Source of the DNA: a virus
Taxonomy: Duplodnaviria > Caudoviricetes
IMG/VR virus record: IMGVR_UViG_3300030330_005435
Location: 1-64,000 of that record
Strand: one strand, 5' to 3'
Length of the DNA: 64,000 nt
The notes below the pieces were generated by a model. It worked only from the letters and a program-made list of their open reading frames with translations. It was not told the origin of the DNA and ran no database searches. Below are positions 27,018 to 35,600 of this stretch, piece by piece. A program made the position numbers and the translations under genes. Position 1 is the stretch's first letter, and every line of letters starts with the position of its first letter.

Positions 27018-28166
27018 TTATTCTTTTACGGGTACAGTGAGATCATCGGGATCTTCGTAATAATTACTAGCATCACCTTCACGTTTATCAAATTTTTGAA
27101 CAATTTCTTCATCCATAATTTGTACAACGTGCGATCTGAATTCTTCATCACTAGTAACTAACTCAGTCCACTTGGAGGGTTGGAACTTTTTCGTGTATCC
27201 ATCTGGCGTAGAGAGTGTGTACCACGCTCCAGCCGATGTTAACGAATCGGAACCTTTAATGGCATCAAACCAGCTTTCTTCATCGCGAATGCCGATCTCA
27301 TCTGTTCCCCACAAGATACGAAAAGCACAGGAGCGACCTTGCGTACCAAATCTTGACTTTTCAAGCTTCACTTTAACTTCAGAGCCAATGCGAAAGCCTT
27401 TTTCATCTTCGATAAACGAAGATTTTGCTTTGCGACCAGTAAGCCAAACACGTAACGAATATGCATAATGCATGGCTTTCCCACCCGGTGTAATGTATGG
27501 CGTTGTCATTGCCACAATACGTGCCGTTGGTCCTTGTGGGATATTTGTCTTCAATTGATTAAGAACAATAAACGTAGCTTGCTTATCTGCTAGTGGAATA
27601 GTCAACTTAGACATTCCTTTAGCCAAAATACGTGCTTTAACAGCCATAGAAGACTGAGGGTTAAAATCGCCCTCTACATCAGAAACTGAAGGTGTGAAAG
27701 CCAACGAGTCCCATATAAAAACAATCTGTTCGTCTGTTGCTCCAAGCAGTTCTTCAATTGTCTCAAGAACAAACTCCACAGACGATGCCTGAACATACAT
27801 TAAGCGTTCTAAATCACAGCCTGAGCGCTCCAAAAAAGTTGGGTCGATTGCTGATTCAGAATCAAAATATACGATAAGCTTGCCCATTTTCTGTGCGTTT
27901 GCTGCGATTTGCGCAGCCATATAGGATTTACCTGTAGATTCAAGTCCTGCTATCTCGGTAACTTTACCTACTGGGATTCCAGCAACTCGGCCTTTGCATA
28001 TAATAGAATCAAGCCACCTAGAGCCTGTTGGGATCCATTCTTTAACAGAAGTGGGATTGTCGCCAGTTAGATCGTGTGCTACGTTTCTACCTGCCTTCTT
28101 ATTTACTAATTTCATCAGATCTTGCATATCTACACGACCTGCTTTTGGTTTTGCTTTCCTGGCCAT
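27018..28166 (-). CDS. recA: RecA/UvsX recombinase
   Basis: IPTGS..LD, EIAGLESTGKS, YFDSE, WDSLA, FIVLNQ, PGGKA. Confidence 0.95.
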   Translation of the reverse strand: MARKAKPKAGRVDMQDLMKLVNKKAGRNVAHDLTGDNPTSVKEWIPTGSRWLDSIICKGRVAGIPVGKVTEIAGLESTGKSYMAAQIAANAQKMGKLIVYFDSESAIDPTFLERSGCDLERLMYVQASSVEFVLETIEELLGATDEQIVFIWDSLAFTPSVSDVEGDFNPQSSMAVKARILAKGMSKLTIPLADKQATFIVLNQLKTNIPQGPTARIVAMTTPYITPGGKAMHYAYSLRVWLTGRKAKSSFIEDEKGFRIGSEVKVKLEKSRFGTQGRSCAFRILWGTDEIGIRDEESWFDAIKGSDSLTSAGAWYTLSTPDGYTKKFQPSKWTELVTSDEEFRSHVVQIMDEEIVQKFDKREGDASNYYEDPDDLTVPVKE

Positions 28167-28177
28167 TGACCCTCCAT

Positions 28178-28214
28178 AAAAAATTAAAAGCGGCAGACTT
28201 TTTACCGGCCTGCC
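28178..28214 (-). terminator. Hairpin/terminator upstream of recA
   Basis: GGCAGGC / GTCTGCC stem then T-rich tail. Confidence 0.55.
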
Positions 28215-28225
28215 AGCGGCTGCAG

Positions 28226-28477
28226 CTATTCCGTTGCGTTTGTTTCAGTAGTTGTTTCAGTAGTTGTACCAGTAGTAACTTCAGTTGTAGTTTCTGTAAT
28301 GGTGGTATTAGAAACCTGTTCAGTTTCGGCCTCCACCTGCGGCACTACTTCGGCTTCTGAAACCTCTTGTGGATCGTACGAGCAGGTCCCATAAGCGGTT
28401 GCAACAACTATTGCTCCCCCCACCATGGTTACTCTAACTCTCCAACTGGCCCATGCGGCCTTTAACCAATCTAACAT
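28226..28477 (-). CDS. Small membrane-anchored protein with Thr/Glu-rich tail
   Basis: Hydrophobic N-terminal helix ending in GTC; TTITETTTEVTTGTTTETTTE; AAGGAG RBS. Confidence 0.7.
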   Translation of the reverse strand: MLDWLKAAWASWRVRVTMVGGAIVVATAYGTCSYDPQEVSEAEVVPQVEAETEQVSNTTITETTTEVTTGTTTETTTETNATE

Positions 28478-28494
28478 ACTATATCTCCTTCATT

Positions 28495-28535
28495 GGTAAA
28501 AATATGGCAGAGTATTTTCACTCCCGCTCTGCCAT
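28495..28535 (-). terminator. Terminator after SSB gene
   Basis: ATGGCAGAG / CTCTGCCAT 9-bp stem then ATTTTT. Confidence 0.65.
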
Positions 28536-28559
28536 CGGTCTCACAAGAGCCTAGTTACT

Positions 28560-29330
28560 TTAGCCACTCATTAGTTCATCGAATGCTTGGTCAACACTGC
28601 TCTTACCGTTGGCAGGACCATATTTGGCTGTTTCTGACGAACGGCCTTCTGCTGATGTATCACCAGAAAGCTGCTCGTCCAAGATAGCACCGACTTGCTG
28701 GGCACTAAGACGTTCGAAAAGTCCGTCAAAGTCTGGCATGCGATCAAGGAGGGCGGGGATCGCTTCTGCGTCTTCCAACAAGGTGGATGTGTTACGGCGC
28801 ATCTTGAGGCTCGTTTGTGGATATGCACCAGGCTTGTTTGGCTTGGTGTATGTAAGGGTGATATCGGTTCCCTCCTTGGAATCTGTGATATCACCATACT
28901 CTGGGTCGAGGATATATCCAAGAAGAAGCTCATAGGCCTGCTTACCGTAGCCATAGACCTTGATACCTTCTTCTTCTCGACCTCGAACAACGACTGGTGA
29001 GAAGTAGCGGGTTCGCACAAAAAGGCTTTTTGCAAGCTTCTTGCTCTCGTCGTCATTGTTGTCAACTCCTTCACGCCAAAGTGAAGAAGCGAATTCGCAA
29101 ATTGGGCACTCTTCCCCATAATTACGCTTGGGGCAAAGAACACCGCCCTTGTGCTCACCCACATTATAGTGGAAGAACATTTCCTTCAAGGGGTCGCCAT
29201 CGTTGGTCGGCACAATACGAATATCAGTGTCGCCCTCATCTGGCTTGAACCAAACAGACGTGCTGTCTTTCGTTCCCTCGCCACGAAGTGCGGCAAGTTT
29301 TTTTCTCATTAGTTCCATATTAATTGACAT
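28560..29330 (-). CDS. Single-stranded DNA-binding protein (gp32-like)
   Basis: WFKP..G...IRIVP, HY, CPK...CPIC zinc site, ITDSKEGTDITL, acidic C-terminus. Confidence 0.85.
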   Translation of the reverse strand: MSINMELMRKKLAALRGEGTKDSTSVWFKPDEGDTDIRIVPTNDGDPLKEMFFHYNVGEHKGGVLCPKRNYGEECPICEFASSLWREGVDNNDDESKKLAKSLFVRTRYFSPVVVRGREEEGIKVYGYGKQAYELLLGYILDPEYGDITDSKEGTDITLTYTKPNKPGAYPQTSLKMRRNTSTLLEDAEAIPALLDRMPDFDGLFERLSAQQVGAILDEQLSGDTSAEGRSSETAKYGPANGKSSVDQAFDELMSG

Positions 29331-29382
29331 TAGTTTTTTCTCCTATTTGTTTGTAAAGTATACTGTGCGTTCCACAGCATCT

Positions 29383-29411
29383 AATGTATCACTCTTGCTC
29401 TAGCTTGTCAA
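29383..29411 (-). promoter_or_regulatory. Sigma70 promoter for SSB
   Basis: TTGACA-17 nt-TACATT. Confidence 0.75.
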
Positions 29412-30252
29412 GAGTTTTTTTGGTTTGTACTACGTTAGTATGGGCAACGCAGAACCCAAAATCGTGATAAGGTGTTTCATAGATTGCATAAGAAATTTTG
29501 CGAAATGCATTTTTAGGCTTTTGCTTCAGCATGTCAACAATTTTCTTGTGTAATCCTCCCTCGGTTTCTAATCTTTCTGTATTGATAGCTAAATAATAGC
29601 ACAGTTCTCTCGGAGTGTCAAGGTTAAAAAACCATTTTTCCTCAAGATTTTTCATATTAAGCCCAGCAATCGCTCGAATACGATTAATTTCTGCTGGCTT
29701 TGATACTTGGCCAATCTCTGGCTCTGAATGAATAAAGTAATTTAAATGATGAATAGCTGAAAAAATAAAATTATTCAATGATGCGTAATAGGTTTTAATA
29801 TTCAAGTCGCCCAATGATTCCTCAATATGTAAATTTGAAATAACCGTAATTGAATTTAAAAGTCCAGATCTGGCATACTCCTGTAGGACTCCAAACGTTG
29901 TATTTTCAACAAGAACTGGATATCCAGTTAATAACTCTGTGTCTGGTTGAATGTAAATTAAGTCAATCTTTTTATCTTTGATTTGTTCTAAAATACCAAG
30001 AGTGTAATTGGAACTAAAGGAACCCCCCATAACAAAAAATTGAATGTAATCACTTGAGTCCTTAAAAAATTTTTCAACATTTGGAATATTTTGCTCATAT
30101 TCTTCAGGTACATCATAGTTCTTTAATTTAAATTCATATTTGTTGTTTTTTGAAACACTGGAGTTTAGCTTATACACTTTATATTGTTTAATATCAGCGA
30201 ACAATTCAGCTATCGCAGAAGCTGCATTTCCGAGACCCACTATTGAAATCAT
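29389..30252 (-). CDS. Divergent tubulin/FtsZ-superfamily (PhuZ/TubZ-like) protein
   Basis: ISIVGLGNAASAIA start; VMGGSFSS at the GGGTGSG position; IYIQP, ITVISN, LNNFI follow the tubulin secondary-structure order. Confidence 0.6.
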   Translation of the reverse strand: MISIVGLGNAASAIAELFADIKQYKVYKLNSSVSKNNKYEFKLKNYDVPEEYEQNIPNVEKFFKDSSDYIQFFVMGGSFSSNYTLGILEQIKDKKIDLIYIQPDTELLTGYPVLVENTTFGVLQEYARSGLLNSITVISNLHIEESLGDLNIKTYYASLNNFIFSAIHHLNYFIHSEPEIGQVSKPAEINRIRAIAGLNMKNLEEKWFFNLDTPRELCYYLAINTERLETEGGLHKKIVDMLKQKPKNAFRKISYAIYETPYHDFGFCVAHTNVVQTKKTLDKLEQE

Positions 30253-31418
30253 AACTTTAACTCTTTGAGGTTATAAGCATCTTTGCCAGCACTAACTGAT
30301 GCCATGAAGCCGTCTTCAAATATTTCCTTTATATCACCAATCATCTCTCGATCATCATCGCAATAATCCAAAACAATTTCATCATGAATTATGTGAGACA
30401 CATAACTTTTGTGACCTTCGAGCGCTTGGTCAATTTTTACCGCTTTATCCAAAACTCGATCAGCAGTAGCACTTTGTATAAGATAGTTAAATGCCTTTCT
30501 TTGCTCGACTTCAATTTGTCGTCCGTACGGCGTTTTAATAAAGGTGCCGTCGTACCATTTTTGTAACAAAGTTTCACGATCATAAAAATCAGTCTTAATA
30601 TCATTTGAATCGGGATCGTAAAGCCACGCAAAAAATCTAACCTTGCATTCATCACGTGTTACATCTTGTTCAAACAAATGTTTTGCATTCCACTCATGTA
30701 TATCTTCCTTTGGCTGCGCAACGCCTTGCAATTCGAGTAGTGTGCGTACCTCCGCACCATTGTAATCTAATGCAACGAACAGATCGTTATTGGGCTTTAT
30801 AATCTGTCTGATTTCTTTTTTAACAGTTAACATAGGAAAAGAATTTTGTTTTGTTGTAAGACGGCCTGTCACTGTACCAAACAAATCATAGTCAATAAAA
30901 TTTTGGTTTGCTATCTTTTTAATCTTAGTTCGCATGGGCGTTGAAGTTAATAAATGCTTGCAGTCGCTAATCTCAATATTTAAATTCTGATAACGTATTT
31001 TATGAAGAAGTTTTTGAACGGCGTCTAAATGATCGTAGTTTTTAGGTTTTGCAAAGTTATCAAAAACGTGTTCAGTAACTTTATTTTTAATTTCACAAAA
31101 TTGTAGTAAAAAATCATGCGGGATCAAATCATAAATGCAATGATCACGCAAATTTATTTTAGCAATCTCAAAAGATTTTACATATGCGCGGGCCTTTTTT
31201 TGAGCGTTCTGTAATTCCTCTACCAATTCCGCAGGGCAACACTCAACAAGCTCTTGACCGCCCGCATAAAGCCAACCATACTCAACTGTTTCATCACATA
31301 TAGAACCACTATATTTCCAAGTCTTGGTAAGTCCTGTTGGTATGTTTTTGAAGTCAAGTTTTCCGTTAGCGTATATGCCGATGCATTCATTTTTATCGTC
31401 AATAGCCTGAAAAATCAT
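30249..31418 (-). CDS. Miniature family A DNA polymerase (palm motifs retained)
   Basis: TVTGRLTT, motif A LDYNGAEVR, motif B K..FFAWLY, NYLIQSATAD, motif C IHDE; about 390 aa. Confidence 0.8.
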   Translation of the reverse strand: MIFQAIDDKNECIGIYANGKLDFKNIPTGLTKTWKYSGSICDETVEYGWLYAGGQELVECCPAELVEELQNAQKKARAYVKSFEIAKINLRDHCIYDLIPHDFLLQFCEIKNKVTEHVFDNFAKPKNYDHLDAVQKLLHKIRYQNLNIEISDCKHLLTSTPMRTKIKKIANQNFIDYDLFGTVTGRLTTKQNSFPMLTVKKEIRQIIKPNNDLFVALDYNGAEVRTLLELQGVAQPKEDIHEWNAKHLFEQDVTRDECKVRFFAWLYDPDSNDIKTDFYDRETLLQKWYDGTFIKTPYGRQIEVEQRKAFNYLIQSATADRVLDKAVKIDQALEGHKSYVSHIIHDEIVLDYCDDDREMIGDIKEIFEDGFMASVSAGKDAYNLKELKL

Positions 31419-32664
31419 TCCCACCCTCTTCCACTGTAATGTTGGATATCTTGCCTTTTTGAAAATCTTCAAGGCGGCGTTTTCTTTTACCTTCTCTAAT
31501 ATATCCTAAAGAGCCTTCAATGTCAAATGTTTTATTTATTTGTGACTCTAAAAATTCAAAAAGGTGATTTAAATTAGGGTTTGCGTTAAAATGATCAAGC
31601 TGATCTTTTACAACTCTATTGCACATTTCGCCGCTTAAATCAGGCATCTCTTCGTAAAGACGTATTTTGGTATATATCTCAACAAAATCATTATCGCTAA
31701 ACTGTTCTTTAAATTGTTGGAAAGTGTATCGCTCTGGCACAGTAGCACTTTGCACAATAGCACCAGTATCATCGCACACCACTAAATCGATGTACTCTTG
31801 TCTAATCAAATTGTATAAATCAAACATTGTTTTTTTAAAAAATGAAAAGTTATATCTTGACGAATTTGCATAATAATATGCCAATGTTTTATCTGCGGAA
31901 TTTGTTTCGATATACTTTGACGTCATTTCTAAAACACAATCTGCGTTTAAATCAATTACAATCCTCCATGGTATATTTAAGTCTACCATAAATCCGTACG
32001 AATCGCAAGTATTAACAAAAAAATGCCAATTTGGGCTTTTAACGAATGTGTTAATTTTGTCATCATCGTTTATATAATCTGAGTCGGCTATTTCAATAGC
32101 GAGCCCAGTAGACATTATTGAGCAATTCTTGCTTTTCAAAAATCCAGTGAATGTTAGTGGTTGATATTTTACTACTTCTTTAAGAATCGGCATTATTGCT
32201 GTGACCATTTGTTTAAAATTAGTTATCCGCACGCCTTCTTGCAATAACAACCCTGCCATAGAATTGAAAAACTGAACTTTATATGTCTGATACAGCGTAA
32301 GGGGGTCCTCGTATGCTTTATAAGCTTTTAAATTAGTTAAGAACGGATCATTTTCATTTATAGTGCCGTTTTGTGCGCATTTTTTAAATTGGTCGACCAT
32401 AGCATTGAATAGATCTACCACAAAGTTAACTGCAACTGGGGGAGTTGGTTGTTCTTCATAATATGCTATGTTAGTTAATTTATCTTTGGTAACTACTATA
32501 GGCACAAAGTTTCTATTAATTTTACCATATAAAATCTTTTCAGCACCATCCATTTGAATTATATTATTATGGTTTTGTGCTTTTAAGTATTCTCTATAAA
32601 CAGTCCTTTTATTAAAAAGGCGCATTGTGCTCTCGCCATTTGTTTCAGCAAAATATTGTGACAT
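31399..32664 (-). CDS. Hypothetical baseplate-region protein with degenerate peptidase M15B (VanY)-like segment
   Basis: SIMSTGLAIEI...FFVNTCDSYGF...IPWR versus VanY SEHxxGLAxD...WLxxNAxxYGF...EPWH. Confidence 0.5.
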   Translation of the reverse strand: MSQYFAETNGESTMRLFNKRTVYREYLKAQNHNNIIQMDGAEKILYGKINRNFVPIVVTKDKLTNIAYYEEQPTPPVAVNFVVDLFNAMVDQFKKCAQNGTINENDPFLTNLKAYKAYEDPLTLYQTYKVQFFNSMAGLLLQEGVRITNFKQMVTAIMPILKEVVKYQPLTFTGFLKSKNCSIMSTGLAIEIADSDYINDDDKINTFVKSPNWHFFVNTCDSYGFMVDLNIPWRIVIDLNADCVLEMTSKYIETNSADKTLAYYYANSSRYNFSFFKKTMFDLYNLIRQEYIDLVVCDDTGAIVQSATVPERYTFQQFKEQFSDNDFVEIYTKIRLYEEMPDLSGEMCNRVVKDQLDHFNANPNLNHLFEFLESQINKTFDIEGSLGYIREGKRKRRLEDFQKGKISNITVEEGGNDFSGY

Positions 32665-32665
32665 A

Positions 32666-35600
32666 TTATGGCTTCTCCATTTCAGTTATTCTGTTGTCGA
32701 TTGTACTTTGGCAAGATGGGTCTGGCTCTCCAGATTCGATACCGGTGCCACCTTCCGCTGGGGGGAAGTCATTGTGTAAATTAGCCACCCATTTAGCGGA
32801 TATTTGCGATGATGCTTCACCCATCGCAAATTTGTGTGTGGAGCGTATTATCATATAATAACCTCCAATTCCAACTTGTGATAAATCAAAATTAACTTTT
32901 TTGCCGTTTTTATCCACTGTTTGCGGTGGCAATCTAGCAAAACTAGGATCAAAACCAGCAGGTGGAACATATATGTACATTCCAGGATATGTGTTTACGT
33001 TTGCGTATGAAGTAATATCTAAATCGTAAACAACTCTAAGTTGTGAAAGCCCATCGTATCCATCTTGCTCAAATCTAACTTCGGCTAATCCCTTTGATGT
33101 TGTTTTTTGCAAATTAATTTCTTTTATCAGGCCACGATCGCGACCCAATAAATAATGAAAAACACCATTTGCGCTGTCTGCTTCTCTGTTTGGAACACTG
33201 CCATGGGCTGAAACTCTGGCGGCATAAAAAACCATATAATTGATTTCATTTGAAAGAGGCGGATAATTAGAAAATTTATTATTTGGACGGCCTGAAACAT
33301 TTAGTATCGGCCCTAAATTGCTTGAGTCTCCATTTACAATAGTTCCGTCAGCATTTAAGCCTCTGTGATCTTGTACTACAGCGTCTGCCATATTTAATTT
33401 TGTTGGATTACCGCCGTATTCGAGATTCTTCATTGCTTTAGCTTTTCTTCTAAGTAAATAAGTAATTTCGTCAAGGCCACCATATTCAGGCGCGGAATAT
33501 GTTGTTAGGGTGGCTTGGTTAACTCTAACCTTTTGTTTTATGTCAAAATAAAAACACCTATTGTTATTTAAAAATTTAGTTACCAAATTGTTCATAAGTT
33601 GATTCAAAAACGCTGATAAAGAATAAAACACCTCGTCTTTTGACAACACTTTACCTGCCACCCACTCTAAAAAATATTTTACAGAAATTGGCAAATCTCC
33701 AAAACTAACAAATACTGAAGGATGTCCTTTCTCAAAATTGCTGTGATGTGCCAACTCGATAGGTCCTAGCAATAGCCTAAATCTTTTTAAATTTTTCTTG
33801 TATTTTTCAAGATCTGCCATGCGTTTGTTCCAATCATCAATATGAATTAAATCTTCGCTACTGTCAGATGTAGTTGTTAAATCTTTTTTATTTTGGTCCT
33901 TTTTATACTGTTCAGACAATTTTTCTAATTCAAGTTGAATGTTTTCTAGCACAACATCAATTAAATCACTTAAGTAAAAAAAGCTCAACTCATTACTTTG
34001 TGGCGATGCAGCAAAAAGTGCAGCTTTAAGTGAGGCCTCGGAAGCCTGCTCATCAGTGTTTCCTTGCTGTTGACTATATGCCGCAAAAGCATCATTAATA
34101 ATTTCCTGTTGAACTTCGTCCCTGTCAGAATCACTAAGCACAATATCATCTTCAGAATTTGAGATTACGTAATCCTCATAAGCATTATATGGCCCATCGG
34201 CAATAAAGTTTTGTATTTTTTCGTAATCAATATTAATGTAGTATATTTTTTTCTTTTGAATCATTGCTCTCATCAAAGAACTTAATGAGTCGTTGACTTC
34301 TTTCTGTACTATATCTTTGTATTTCTGATTTAAGTCTTGTATTTCTTCAGCAGATGAGCACTTAGAGCGAATGCGCGCCATTTGCATGCGACGTAATTCT
34401 CTTTGCCATCCTACTTTGCCTGTTGGGTCAGCAAAAACATTAAACCCTCTGTCATCGAAAAAATCGTCTATATAGGCAAGATAATTAATCTCAAAAGTCA
34501 CTGCGCCAGTTTGATCGAATGCAAAATTATGAATTGTTGGTGTTAAATTAAGAGTTACATATGAATTGGATAATACAGATTTCAATTTATTTTTTTCATC
34601 AGCACTTAACCCAGGAATATCGCCTTTTGGCATTGACCATCCCACAACTGCTTTTAATCTGAAATTTAATTTTGCTAAATTTGCATTTTCATCAAATATC
34701 TTTTGATATTTTTTAGCTAATGAGTTATTGTTGCTAAACTTAGAAAAAGTTTTTAATGCCAAATCAATGTAGCGATAATTTTTGTTTGGACCTGCTGATA
34801 GGCTACCATTTTTTACTCTAGTTGTTTCGCCCTTTCTCTCAAGAAAAAGTTCCTGGAACGTTGCCGCGTGTAACACTAATTTAGCTTTGATACTTTTTTT
34901 ATATGAAAATGGGTTACTGCCATCATAAGTAAATTCAAACTCTTTTAAACCGACACCAGCAGACCTCGTTCTTCTGCCGAGAAAAACATCTGATAATTCT
35001 GCTTGGGTGAATGCAGAATTAAATTTCATTTCTACTTCAGTTTCTAAATCAGTATGTTCGTTATCATCCATTTCTTCACTGTATTCTACTTTAAAAAGTC
35101 TTATCATTGGTTGTAATGCTGAAAGTTGGTGATGAGGTATATCTATTAATGCTGCATAATTTGGTGATTGTGTAAGTTTGTTTATAAACCCAAAAGAGTC
35201 GCCATTCATTTGTAATGAAGCATTGTATGTGCTCTGTGCTGCAAAATCTGTTTGATTGACCTCCAAGTCTTCAATATTGCAATAAGGTAGTCTTTTGGTT
35301 ACTCCTGAACTGTTAATCGCTGTAAGGTTATCGTCTACGTGTTCGAGTTTTTTATTCTTAAATTCTGCAATTTTTGCCGCATAAGCAAGCAAAAAGCATT
35401 GTTCCTTAAACAGTTTTTTGTCTTCAAGTGAGCCAAAACCAATATCGTCCAAGTCTGTATCAGCTAAATTTTCCATGGCCTGATTAAAAGCTTCCTGGGC
35501 AACATCGTCATCCAACACTTCTGCCGCTTCGGGAATATTGTTACGCAGATCATCAATAAAATCGTCAAAATCGTCTTTTGCGTCCTTAATGTCTTCAGCA

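Noticed and set aside
15039-28166. Inteins or introns in dnaE, nrdJ, dnaB, recA
   Set aside because: Lengths are typical and motifs contiguous; no C/S...HN intein ends or LAGLIDADG inserts seen
28571-29164. 197-aa alternate-frame ORF within the SSB gene
   Set aside because: Same-strand overlap in a GC-richer highly expressed gene; no recognisable motifs or RBS
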